NCBI GenBank assembly: GCA_951406725.2
Contig: OX597815.1
Span: forward strand, 172,360,001 to 172,424,000
Length of the DNA: 64,000 nt
Reading direction: 5' to 3'
DNA from: Octopus vulgaris
Lineage: Eukaryota
The notes beneath the pieces were generated by a model that was given only the letters and a program-made list of their open reading frames with translations, did no database searches and was not told where the DNA came from. A program made the position numbers and the translations under genes. This document shows positions 27,591-41,267 of this stretch, piece by piece. Positions within the stretch are counted from its first letter, which is position 1, and each line of letters opens with the position of its first letter.

Positions 27591-28697
27591 ACAAGCTTCT
27601 CCACAATTTCAATCCACTAAATTCCCTCAGCTCGAGGCTATAGTTAAAGACATTTGCCAAAAGTACTGTGCTATGGGATTGAACTCAAAACCATGTGGTT
27701 GCAAAGCTATGCCTGTATGTATAAGAAGTTTATCAAGAGAAGTTTATTTACTAGATTGAGCGGGTTGAAAAAAAAATGACAGCATAGCCTCTCCACCTCA
27801 CCACCCTAAATCATTCTGCTTCAGTTTATGTACATGTGAAGCAATATACTCATCTCTTATAGCTTTGTTATGATTAGAACATCTAAGCTGTGTGAAAAGC
27901 ATGAAACCTTAAAAACACATGTTCCCAAGTCCCAAGTCATCTAACAGAGAAAAGCAAATATTAACCATATATAGTCTATTTTGGAATGAATGAATGAATG
28001 AATGAATGAATGAATGAATGAAGGAAGGAAGGAAGGAAGGGTGGAAGGAAAGAAGGAAGGAAGGAATAACATTTTTAGAGTATTAATATTATTTAAAAAC
28101 AGACCTTTACATCTATCAAAGAATAGTGAATGATATGATGCAAAGTTATATAAATAATTTAAGAATAATAGGAGTTGGTATTTAAATATACCAATCATGC
28201 TACACAGCTGGAGAACAGAAATCTCATGAGGCATAAAAGAAGAAGATGCTGTCTTTATTTATTTAAATAATGTAGTCATATAAGGTAAAGTATGTTCACT
28301 TGTTAAATTAGCAGTTATAATGAATACAACAGCCAAATAAACATGAAATATGTTCAAAGCCCTCTTGGTATAATAGTCCATGGTTATTTAGCAAAGAATA
28401 ACACAGAATGATAGTTATTTAATAAACAACCAACATACTTTGATGTTATAAAACATCATTTTTTTTTTTCTAATAGAAAAGTGGAAGGAATTAAAGTGTA
28501 CAGTAAAAATATAAAAAGAACTGTAGAGTACATAAGCATACAATGAAGTTTAGCATTAAATGTAATTCTTTATATTAATTTTAAACTTTCTTTTGAGCAT
28601 GTTAAAATTAGTGGAGGATTACTGATATGATTTAAGGTAAAAATAAGATTGAAATTTTGATCAATATAGACAATAGTAATGATACATAGAAACTTAC

Positions 28698-29281
28698 TTG
28701 TCCTGATCTCGCAGTCGTTGTAAATCAGTCACTTGACTTTGTAACTTTTCCACCAATGCAACGACAGGTAAAAGATCTTGAAAGTCAGAATAGTCCACCT
28801 TATCTTCAATTGGGTCTTCAGTTTCCATTTGAGTCACTTTTGCTTTCCTAATGCTATCATTTCTGCTTTTTGTAGTTAATTTTTTAGGCTGTAAACTATT
28901 AACACTTGTGAAAAAATGTCTTGTTGGTGAGGAAGTTGTACTTGATAGAAACTTTACCTGAGTTGTTCTAGGTGGCCGTCTTTGATGATTAATGGTAGCA
29001 CTGTCTGATTTAGTGGTATGCAATATACTAGCTGTGTGTGTGTTGTCATTACTGCTCAATAGATTGGTACCCATAGCTGGTGCAGTTGTGGTGGTTTTTA
29101 CATCAGGTAGATAGCTATCGGATTTGGTCCCAATAATATGACTGCGACTGTCAGGAGTTTGATCAAACTCTGTGGTCAACTTGCTTCCTGTAAAAGCTTT
29201 TGCAGTTACTTTCAGCATATCTATACAAACAGCTGTCCTAAACAATAATAATAGACACAAGTAATTTGCGTAAAGAAACAT
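28698..29281 (-). CDS. First coding exon of a putative secreted Ser/Thr-rich protein (or a complete 195-aa ORF to 28694)
   Basis: 195-codon non-repetitive ORF in AT-rich DNA; signal-peptide-like MFLYANYLCLLLLFRTAVC; T/S-rich middle; heptad-like VEKLQSQVTDLQRLR; ends at AA|GTAAGT donor (28697). Confidence 0.7.
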
Positions 29282-30919
29282 TTCTAAATATTTTATAATT
29301 TTATAATTTCAGAGAATATTTTTTTTCCTCTTTTTTTCAATGTGTTTACTTTTTGTTTCTTTTTTTTTCCTGTCAACCATGAAAATTTCAATAATGACTT
29401 TCACACATCCATATGAAATTACTACCCTATAAGTATATTTTTAGGTTTATATATTTCAATATCTAGTTAATTATATATGCACTATGTTGCATCAATGTAT
29501 ATCTGATTATAGACATAAATGATATAAAAGTTTGTGTGATAAAAGTAAGTAGGTATCCCTGTGTGACATCTGCTTATGTGTGTAGTTCAGTTAATAGATT
29601 TAGATTGATAAATATTTTTTTTTTCTTTCAAATCTTGATACAGGAAATTAACTATGAAATTCTTGCATCAAATACCCTTTTAGTTGAAAAAAAAAAAAAG
29701 ACATTAGTAACCTTACTGCATCTACCTCTCTTCTGTCTACACTTCAGTCACTTTCTCTGTCACCTCTACTACTCCTGCTGATGCTGCCACTCTTTATAGA
29801 TGGCAAATGGGAGATGAGGAAAAGCCAGGCCTGGCTTCAGCCAGAAGTTGTGTGTGTGTATGAGTATATACATATATGTGTATATATATATATATGTTTG
29901 GATGTGTGAATGGAGTGTGTGTTTATGGGTGGGTGAACAATGGTTATAGTACCAATTGTAGTAACATCAATGGCTTGTTGCTGCTGTATTGAGGGTTTTG
30001 GTTGTGGTAGTGGTGATAATGGTGGTGGTGGTGGTGGTGGTGGTGGTGGTGGTGGTGGTGTTGGTGATGCTGATTCTGCTACTGTTATTACTGCAACTGC
30101 TAGTTACTGTCAGTGGTTGTGCTGGCACCAGATAAAGGACAGCAATTAAAATGTTGACAGTACTGTCAGTGGTGCCAGGTAATGATGGTTATAATAATAA
30201 TGGTTAAAATATTTCAGATGGCAATGTTAAAGCTGGTGCTGCTGCTGCTGCTGGTGGTGGTGGTGGTGGTGAGGTGGTGATGATGATGATGAGGATGAGG
30301 TCAAGAAGCTGAACTCTCCTAAAGTTCTAAAAATAGAAATTTGATACATGTGTGTGTGTATGTATATATGTGTGTATGTGTGTGTGTGTGTGTAATTGAT
30401 TTACAGTATTTTATGTTTGTTTGTTTTTTTGTTACTTTTTTTTGTTTCCTTCTTATGTTTTTGTTCCTGCCCCCAAACTACAGTGTCTACTAAACAGTCT
30501 GGGGAGCACACAACTTCCCATGGAGAAAGTAGTTATCAACTTACTACAACTGTAGTAACAAAATGAGAGAAAGGCTCCTCTAATATATTAAACACTAGCA
30601 GCAGTGAGGCCAACTTCCTATTGACAGAGGCTGACTAAAAAGCATCTCTTCACCTCATCAACAATCTCACTCTCTTTCTCTTGCTATCTCCTTCTCTCTC
30701 TCTCTCTCTCTCTCTCTTTTTCTTCTCTCTTTCACTCCCTCTCTCTCTCTCTCTGTATTCCTTCTCTCTTTCTCTCTCCCATTCACATTCATATACATAG
30801 AGAGACTTAGACAGTGCTTTTGTCAACAACAGATTTAGACATTTAGAGATGCTGGAAGATTGACACACACAGTTGTACACATCCATCCGCTATGCACACA
30901 TACACACACATACATATAA

Positions 30920-30984
<65 letters not shown>

Positions 30985-31028
30985 CTATCTTTGTATATAT
31001 ATATATATATATATATGCTTCAATAATA

Positions 31029-31076
<48 letters not shown>

Positions 31077-31151
31077 GCGGTGCTCCAGCATGGCCACAGT
31101 CAAATGACTGAAACAAGTAAAGAGTAAAGAGTATATATATATTTATATACA

Positions 31152-31193
<42 letters not shown>

Positions 31194-31511
31194 TATACAT
31201 ATACATATATATATTTAATGATATATACATGTACAGATAAATACACATACATATTTATACTCATGCACACATGCACAGACTCACACTACACTCACACAGA
31301 CAAACACAAACACACCTACACCCACACACGCACCTATTCTTTGACTGACTTAGAATTAATATAAACAGTGTAGGAAAATACATATTCCCTCCTCCACCAC
31401 CATCATCTATCACTGTATGTATGTATATGCAGTGGGCTTCTTTCACCCTAGGTGAACCCAAAACCTCATGGCTGGAAAGCAAATCTCTTAACAACAAAGC
31501 CATGCATGCTC

Positions 31512-31675
31512 AGGCACAGGAGTGGCTGTGTGGTAAGTAGCTTGCTTCCTAACCACATGGTTCCAGGTTCAGTCCCACTGTGTGGCACCTTGGGCAAGTG
31601 TCTTCTGCTATAGCCTTGGGTTGACCAAAGCCTTGTGAGTGGATTTGGTAGACGGAAACTGAATGAAGCCCGTTG

Positions 31676-31706
<31 letters not shown>

Positions 31707-31877
31707 CTGTGTTTGCCACTCCAACACGCTTGACAACCGATGCTGATGTGTTTACGTCCCCATAACTTCGCAGTTCAGACTGATAAAATAAGTACTAGGC
31801 TTACAAAGATTTGCTCGACTAAAGGTGGTGCTCTAGCATGGCCACAGTCAAATGACTGAAACAAAAGAATAAAAGAA
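31512..31877 (+). mobile_element. tRNA-derived CORE-type SINE
   Basis: Same family as 3343-3745. Confidence 0.8.
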
Positions 31878-31908
31878 TATATATATATATATTTATATAT
31901 ACATATAC

Positions 31909-31951
<43 letters not shown>

Positions 31952-32008
31952 AAATATACGAGTGCATTTTTTCTCTGACTTATGGTCTCTTAGATGTCTC
32001 TCACACAT

Positions 32009-32049
<41 letters not shown>

Positions 32050-32201
32050 TAAGGAAAGCAGAAAATGGAGATAAAATTGATGAATAACAATTGATTTACA
32101 TCAATTATCATATATTAATTAATTACAAAAGGACAGGATCTCAACTTACAGCTGTTTCTGTTAGTGTGATTTCCAGGTTTAACCACCACAACAACAACAA
32201 C

Positions 32202-32246
<45 letters not shown>

Positions 32247-32676
32247 CCCCTGTGATCATAATATCTCAGCGAAAGAGTTTGACAAGCTCAGAAAATATAA
32301 AGACCTACTCATTGAAATTGAGAAAATGTGGCATCTCAAGGCGGTTACAATACCAGTGATCGTAGGAGCACTAGGAATGATCAAGAAGGGAACCGAAAAT
32401 TATATGAGAATGATCCCTGGCTTACTATCCCTGCAAGAAGTGCAAAAGATTGTCTTAACTGGTACATCACACGTATTGAGAAGAGCATTGTTGATGTGAG
32501 AACTGTTGCTGCTCATGTATTTTAATTTAACTTAAAAAAAAAATTTTTTTTTTAAATGAACGAACTATTGAGTTTGGTTTAATGGCCTACCAATGTATAC
32601 TATGAGTTTCTTTGCCCTAGGAGTCGGGAAGACACTCGGCAAGAAATGGAAGCAAATTTGAAAGAAGAAAAAAAAG
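32247..32676 (+). mobile_element. R4/Dong-clade non-LTR retrotransposon 3' end inserted in (TAA)n
   Basis: Open frame PCDHNISAKEFDKLRKYKDLLIEIEKMWHLKAVTIPVIVGALG...LQEVQKIVLTGTSHVLRRAL (stop 32497-32499) = restriction-like endonuclease C-terminus; (TAA)n both sides. Confidence 0.85.
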
Positions 32677-33093
32677 TAATAATAATAATAATAATAATAA
32701 TAATAGTTATTATTGTAATTAATTATATCAATTTGAATCGTGGAACTTCATCAGAGCGGAAAAGTAAATAAAATACAAATTAAGAAGGAGAAAGTGAGAA
32801 TAGTGAGAATCAATTCATGCTACATGCTGACTCATTGGGAAACTTTCGGCCAACTAGCATTTAGAAATAGAATTGGAATAGTTATAATATTTAGTGGTAC
32901 ATTCCTACATACAGGGCAAAGGAGTGGGTTAAATATGTAATAACTATATGAGCAATTTGGTTAGGTCAAAGAATAAAATAAAATGTAAGAAATATAATTA
33001 GAAATACCAATAGTTATAGAACTAAATAATAACAGTTGACTATAATGTATTATTTACTTATTTCATATGTATTTTACTTATTATTATAAGTAG

Positions 33094-33206
33094 GTAGTAT
33101 ACCTGAAACAACCCATGGTCAGAAGTAAGACTGGTCTGACCAATAGTATCCTCTTACTGTCCAGACGAGTCTTACTCCTGACTCAGGGTTGTTTCAGGTA
33201 TACTGC
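33094..33206. repeat. 113-bp imperfect inverted repeat (hairpin)
   Basis: GTAGTATACCTGAAACAACCC..GTCAGAAGTAAGACTGGTCTG pairs with CAGACGAGTCTTACTCCTGAC..GGGTTGTTTCAGGTATACTGC. Confidence 0.9.
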
Positions 33207-33461
33207 ATGTTAAGAAGCTTGCTTCCCAGCTACATGGTTCCAAGTTCAGTCCCACTGTGTGGCACCTTGAACAAGTGCCCTCTACTATAGCCTCAGGATG
33301 ACCAAGCCTTATGAGTGAATTTGGTAGACAGAAACTGAAAGAAGCCCATCGTATATATTGGTGTGTTTACATCAATGTAACTTAGTGGTTCGGCAGAAGA
33401 GACCAATAGAATAAGTACTAGGCTTACAAAGCATAAGTTCTGAACTATTCCAATTCTATTA

Positions 33462-33825
33462 CAAATACTTGAAAGAGAGGCGAGATGCTCGTGCAGAAGC
33501 AACATAGCATGTCTACTTAAAAGCAACACAGAAACTATTGTGTATAAAGCAGAGGCTATGTCAAATGGACAGATGGACATGTGGAAATGTGTGAGCTTAG
33601 CAAAAAGACCCTTCAGCACCAGATTTAACAATCACATTTTCTCCTTTCATATACAGGAGAGGCAATATGTCACAACCCTAGCATGGAAAGAAGGTTGTTG
33701 AAAGAAGGTGCCATGGATTGCAATCTCAAGTGCAGAGTACTAGTGAGGTACAAACCTTACTTCAACAGCAGTAAGAGACGCTGGCTTTATTTAGCAAAGT
33801 AAAGAATTATACTAGAGAACCTAAC
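33462..33825 (+). pseudogene. PLE GIY-YIG endonuclease remnant (Naiad/Chlamys-like)
   Basis: CSCRSNIACLL..IVYKAEA..FSTRFNNHIFSF..TTLA then, after a frame change, LKE..NLKCRVLVRYKPYFNSSKR; resembles CNC..CPL..IVYKA..F.RY.NH..SF..PY...KRC.LC. Confidence 0.6.
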
Positions 33826-34367
33826 CTTATTTGTTGTTGGTCATTTATATAAATTTGGTTCACTTTAGTTCTTTCTCAACATTGATTTTCCTTCATAAAT
33901 GGATTACTAGAGTTTTCATGTGTGAAAATGTTTTTATTGCAAAAATTTATAGTGAAAATTATGAGCATTGTGTGATATGTGTTGTACTGTAGCCATCAGA
34001 CTATATTAACTATAAGAGATATGTAAATGAAATAAAGGACAAGTAAAAGATCTGGTTTTAAAACAATATGCATTGATCAAACTATTAATTACATCTTTTG
34101 TGTTTCTGCGTGTTGATTAATTTATATTTTCTAACAGACTTAAGGGTTGATCAGGTTTCTATTGAACTTATTGATTGCTATTTGCAATAGATAGTTTTAA
34201 TATTCTGAGTTTAATTACAATTCTTTTTCCTTCCAAAAACATGGCCTAGTACCTTCTCAAATAAAAAGAAATGGAAATAATATTTTGGAGTTGGTTAAGC
34301 CAACTCTATTTTAAAACATTGTTCATTATTATTTTATTACTTAGGGAAATTAAAGAAACAGAAATGC

Positions 34368-34412
<45 letters not shown>

Positions 34413-35043
34413 TATATACTTATATAGATGTATATGCATGTGTGTGTTTGTGTACATCATTGTTTTAGTGAATGCCTTACACAAAGATATTTTATGAAAT
34501 TAACTATATGTAGGAATGATGGATGTATTTTTTAAACTGTAAAAACTTTAATAATTGTGAAAGATCTATTCTTTTATTCTTTCTTTTACTTGTTTCAGTC
34601 ATTAGAATGTGGCCAGGCTGGGGCAGAAAATGTCAAATTAATCAACTTTTGCACTTTTTTTTGTAAAGACTCCGTAAACAAACACTCTATATAAATATAG
34701 TAAGCACAAATATTTTACATCAATGAGCATTTCCTATCACACATGGAAAAGTCATTCATTTCAATTAGTTAGCCAATATCTTTGAATGGAAACCAGACTC
34801 CTTCTGCTATTTCCTTAGAGTACTTCAGAAAATAAGATATTTTCATTTTAATCTAATTACAGCCAATTAACATCTGACAAAAGTCAAGTCATTCATGTAT
34901 GACTATTTTTAACCTATTCCATACAAAATGAGGAAAAAATTAAGAAAATGAGAAAGCCTTCAAAAAGAGAAGTTTAGAAGCATTTTTTTCCACATTCTTC
35001 TAGATTTCTTTTAAACTAACATTAAGATTTAATATTTCCCTTA

Positions 35044-35146
<103 letters not shown>

Positions 35147-35564
35147 TGAGGCTAACTCAATAATTTTCTTGCCTTTCCCTTTTTCCTTGTTTTTATTCTT
35201 TCTCTTTTTATTTTATTCAGAAATGGCTATAATTCACTTCCAGGGTAAATAGTATCCTACTAGAGTTACCCAATATTTTCTCAGTACTCAAATTTCCACC
35301 CACATTTCTTGAGAGTCACTACAGTGAATATAGCATTCTTTTTATTTATTCAATATGGCTATTTATTTTGGATTTAAAATGTTTCTATCATTATTACAAA
35401 AAGTAGTAGGATACTTAATATGAAACTTAAAACTGCTTAATAGTCATAAACATCAGTAGCTATACTTACTGTACCAATGAAATTGGATTACCTTTGTACA
35501 TTTTCACTCAATACACAGATATAAATATATATAAATAAATAAACATAGGATAATTCATTCACCT

Positions 35565-35606
<42 letters not shown>

Positions 35607-35609
<3 letters not shown>

Positions 35610-38121
35610 TTGATTTTGATTTTGATTTTTCCAGTTTCAGCTCATGAGCTGTGGCCATGCTGGGGCACTGCCATTTGGTTTGCTACATGATTTTACCTCA
35701 CGAATGCTTTTTAGCAACTGCCATTTGGTGCATGAGAGAGTTCGATGCAGCTGCCCTCATCTGCACCTCCTGCCGTGAAGTTGGTTCATCCGGGACACCT
35801 GACAGGAAGATCCAGTCTTACTTTAAAGACATCCGCATCTACACCATGCAGGTCCCTCAGGTTCTTCGGGAGGATATTGAAGAGCTGTGGGCCTCTGAAG
35901 CCCAGGCTATCACAGTATCTTGTCCTACATCTTGATGGCAAATTTGGAGTCCTTGGTACCACGCAGTGGCGCCCGGTTCTGGCATTTGTGTGACTCTCGA
36001 TGCCAAAGTTTGGGACAAGTCCTTCCATGATCTTCCAGATATATATTATGGCATATCTTTCTCGCCTACGCTCCAAGGAATAGAGTTTTAATCTCTTGAG
36101 TCTTTCCCAGTAGCTTGCTTATATGCTGCACAGAGGCCATCTTCTTCGTGTAGCTTCATTGGATCGCCTCAAGTTCTGTGATCAACTTGACACTGGATGG
36201 TGACCATAGCTGAGAGCAGTAGTCAAAGTGGCTTAGGACAAGTGTCTTCCAGAGGACCATCATGGTTTCTTGTTCTCTTGTTCTAAAGGTTCTAAGAATC
36301 CATCCGGCCAGCCGTCTACATTTCATTGCCAGTTTAGCAACATGTACATGAAAGGTTGCGTCATCACTCATGTGAATACCCAGGTCACGCACTGATTGTG
36401 TCTCTGGGATTGCAATCCCTCCGGGTCCAGTGTATTCATTGGGTATTGCATTCAGTTTTGCATGCTGATAGCATAAAGCTTGAAACTTTTCAGCATTGAA
36501 CTGCATGCTATTCTTTTCAGCCCACTTGTATATTTTGTCCAGCTCACATTGCAGGTGCTTAGTGTCTTCAGGGTTCTGTATTGCCTGTGAAACTTTTGTA
36601 TCATCTGCATAACTTGTGATCGTGGCTCTCTGCATGGCTGAGGGCATGTCTGAGAGGGCCATTATGAACAGTAGTGGTCCCAAAACAGTGCCCTGCGGAA
36701 CACCGCTCACTATTTGCGTGTTAATGGCTACTACCACCTGACTTCTATCTTTCAGAAAGTCATGAAGCCATTCTCCCAGTTTTCCAACTATGCTAAGATC
36801 ACGCAGTTTGTGACATATCATTCCATGATCAACTTTATCAAAGGCCTTTGCAAAGTCGAGATATATCACTTCCACATTTGAGTGGTTGAGCAGTCGTTTC
36901 AGTACCCAGTCATAGGAGTAGGAGCTGAGTTAAGCAGCTTCTTCCTGGTCGGAAACCATGTTGGGTGTCAGGCAGCAAGTCATTTTCTTCAAGGAAGGTG
37001 ATTAGTTTCCTTCTGACTATTCGTTCCATGACCTTGCTGATGTGTGAGGTCAGAGAGATAGGTCTGTAGTTCTTGGCCTCCGCTCTGCTACCTCCTTTAT
37101 GAATAGGGCTCAGTTTTCTTGGAAGTTTGCCAGCTGCAAGGAAGCTCTGAAAGAGGAACTGCAGTGGTCTTGCTAGGACTCTCTTACATACTTTTAGGAG
37201 AATTGCCGGGAATCCATCGGGGCCAGTAGCTGAGTCTGTTTGCATTTCATCTATAGCCTTTATTACATCGTCTTCCTTTATATCGATGTAATCTATCGTC
37301 GCTGCCTCTGATTTTATATCTGCAGTGGTAAAGAAGTCAGTTGGATTGGTGATTTGGAAATGCCCAAGAGGTGGAGTGAAAACACTCTTGAATTGCTCAT
37401 TCAGTATTTCACTTACCCTCATTGGTTTTCCTGTGAGTGTGCCATCCTTTTCAAGGAGTGGCCCTATCCTACAGTGCACCGTAGCTGTTTCTTTGGCATA
37501 CCTGTAGAAAGCTCTGGGGTTAGATTTTATGTTGTTTATAGCCCAGGCTTCTTTGTCTGCTCTTTCCTTTTCATGGGAGAATTGCAGACATTTTTCAATT
37601 TCCAACAGTTTTATTTTCAGGCGGGACTTTTCAATGCTTTCAATTTGTTTGTTTAGGCGATTTGAAATTTTTGTACACCGTCTCATTAAAATTTTCCTCT
37701 CTCTTGGGATTTTGTTCTTGTGTACAGTGGCCTTTCTCTCTGGGACACATTTGTAGCATATGGCTTGCATTACAGACATGAATTGTTGAAGTTTCACGTC
37801 GATGTCTGGAGAGGAGAGACATTCAGGCCAGTTTTGTTTGAGGATCTCTTTCTCAATTTGTTTCCAGTTTGCCTTATGGAAGTTCAAGCTGGAAAGATTC
37901 TGAGGGTTTCTTGTAGGCTGCATGTCCATGCTTTCCTTTGGCCCGTACATGGTCAGCTCTACCATGTTGTGATCCGAGAGTAGTGTCGGTGTCACTTTCA
38001 CATTATGGATGAGATCCATATTATTTGTGAAGCAGAGATCCAGTGTGTTACCTGCCCTGGTTGGTTGGAGTATTACTTGCTCCATGTACAGGGTGTTGAT
38101 GAGGTTCAGGAGGGACCTCGC
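35607..38121 (-). mobile_element. CR1/L2-group LINE, 5'-truncated, ORF2 interrupted
   Basis: PTRAGNTLDLCFTN (APE end), NYRPISLTS, QHGFRPGRSC, YLDFAKAFDKVDH, GVPQGTVLGPLLF, YADD; 3' (AAAATC)n tail; (TA)n flanks. Confidence 0.92.
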
Positions 38122-38149
38122 ATATATATATATATATATATACATACAT

Positions 38150-38181
<32 letters not shown>

Positions 38182-38385
38182 GCATACCTACATATATATA
38201 CATACATATGTATATATATGTGTGATGGGCTTCTTTCAGCTTCTGTCTACCAAATCTACTCAAAATGGTTTGGTTGGCCCAAGGTTATAGTAGAAAACAC
38301 TTGCCCAAGGTGCCATGCAGTGAGACTGAACCCAGAACCATGTGGTTGGTAAGCAAGCTACTTACCATATAGCCACTCCTGTGCC

Positions 38386-38434
<49 letters not shown>

Positions 38435-38437
38435 TTG

Positions 38438-38522
<85 letters not shown>

Positions 38523-38524
38523 GG

Positions 38525-38575
38525 AGCTTCTACAGGACTAGTACTGTTTCATTCAAGAGAAATCTTCAGGAAGCT
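38525..38575 (-). ncRNA. Type I hammerhead ribozyme fold (left arm)
   Basis: Exact reverse complement of 41929-41979. Confidence 0.8.
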
Positions 38576-38893
38576 ATTTAACAAGAATTGTATTAGCATT
38601 TATACATTTAGGCAGGTTTAAAGGAGTGGTGGTGGGGGACTTTTTGGGGGTAGGCATAGCGCAAAATATCATACTTGGGGGAGTGGTCAAGGAGTCAGTG
38701 GTAAGTTAGATGAAAGAATAGATAAATAAAAAAATAAAAAAATAAAAAATATATATAAAAAATATATATATAAAAAAATATATATATAAAAAAAAGGGGG
38801 GATAGAGTTATAGGTAAATAAGGAGATTCTCACTTATACCTATACACACATGTATACGTATCTACACACACATATATATACACATATATATAT

Positions 38894-38930
<37 letters not shown>

Positions 38931-39240
38931 CATATATACACACATACATACATATCTACATACACACATACATACACCCGCCCACATATACAAATTTATA
39001 CACATGCACATGCCTATACCTGTCTACACATACACACACGTATATATGCATACACTCACTCCCATGCATGCACGCATACACACATGTATATATATATATA
39101 TACCCGCGACCACACATACATATATACACAGAAAAATATATATTCATACGCACATACACTCATGCACACACAACACACCTAGTTCCCTATATACACATAT
39201 TTACACCTATATATACATACACCCACATACACCTATGTAC

Positions 39241-39271
<31 letters not shown>

Positions 39272-39810
39272 CACGCATACATATATATACATGTGTGCAC
39301 ATACATACATACACACATATACATACACATACACATACACATGTGTACCTATACATACCTACACATACACACATACATACATACAAATATATATATATAT
39401 ATATATATATACAATCCAATACAGGCCCATTCCCTAATTTTAATTTTATTATCTTCATTTATTACTTTTGTTATCTTTGATCGCTAGAGCTAAGAATCCT
39501 GGCTATGGCTGCATGTCCATTTGTCTGTCTACTAGAAGGCAAGTGCTCATTCCCGCACGCACACTCATTAGCACGTACATTCACCCATTCGTACACTCAT
39601 ACACATACACGTACGCACGCGTTATATTCATACATACAAACATCTACATACGTTCACGTATATACACATACGTACTCGTACCTACAGATTCGTGTCTACA
39701 CTTTAGGAGGCTAGTCTATACATATACACCAATAAATATACATATATATATATATATACACACATATACATACACACACACACATATATACTCCTACATA
39801 CAGATACATA

Positions 39811-39854
<44 letters not shown>

Positions 39855-40026
39855 CATACACATACACACATACATATACACACACATACATACACATATA
39901 TATACATACACAAACATATATACACACATATATATACATACACACATACACACATACGTACGTATACATACATACATACATCCATACATCCATACTTACA
40001 TGCATTTATACGCATACACACACCCA

Positions 40027-40067
<41 letters not shown>

Positions 40068-40433
40068 TCACACATACATATACAAATCTACGCACACGCA
40101 TACATACATACACGCATACACATACACGCACATACACATATACATGCGTACCCATACATGTGCACACACGCACGCGCATCCATATATATACACACACACA
40201 CATATATATACACGTGTGCAAGCATACATACATACTCATACGCGCACACATACTTACATATACATATATGCACACACTTACACACATATGTATATATATG
40301 TGTGTGTGTGTATATATATGGATGCGCGTGCGTGTGTGCACATGTATGGGTACGCATGTATATGTGTATGTGCGTGTATGTGTATGCGTGTATGTATGTA
40401 TGTGTGTGCGTAGATTTGTATATGTATGTGTGA

Positions 40434-40480
<47 letters not shown>

Positions 40481-40654
40481 TGGGTGTGTGTATGCGTATA
40501 AATGCATGTAAGTATGGATGTATGGATGTATGTATGTATGTATACGTACGTATGTGTGTATGTGTGTATGTATATATATATGTGTGTATATATGTTTGTG
40601 TATGTATATATATGTGTATGTATGTGTGTGTATATATATGTGTGTATGTGTATG

Positions 40655-40705
<51 letters not shown>

Positions 40706-41236
40706 CTGTATGTAGGAGTATATATGTGTGTGTGTGTATGTATATGTGTGTATATATATATATATATGTATATTTATTGGTGTATATGTATAGACTAGCC
40801 TCCTAAAGTGTAGACACGAATCTGTAGGTACGAGTACGTATGTGTATATACGTGAACGTATGTAGATGTTTGTATGTATGAATATAACGCGTGCGTATGT
40901 GTATGTGTATGAGTGTACGAATGGGTGAATGTACGTGCTAATGAGTGTGCGTGCGGGAATGAGCACTTGCCTTCTAGTAGACAGACAAATGGACATGCAG
41001 CCATAGCCAGGATTCTTAGCTCTAGCGATCAAAGATAACAAAAGTAATAAATGAAGATAATAAAATTAAAATTAGGAATGGGCCTGTATTGGATTGTATA
41101 TATATATATATATATATATATTTGTATGTATGTATGTGTGTATGTGTAGGTATGTATAGGTACACATGTGTATGTGTATGTGTATGTATATGTGTGTATG
41201 TATGTATGTGCACACATGTATATATATGTATGCGTG

Positions 41237-41267
<31 letters not shown>

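Noticed and set aside
30484-30566. Possible + strand exon after a pyrimidine tract (ctacag|TGTCT..)
   Set aside because: Short, ends in a stop, no similarity to TBC proteins.
40958-40994. Possible SECIS (ATGA...GA) in the palindrome arm
   Set aside because: Quartet register is wrong and there is no apical AA.
39468-41041. Mirrored 321/317-aa ORFs in the palindrome
   Set aside because: Mostly microsatellite; a by-product of the inverted duplication with no domain similarity.
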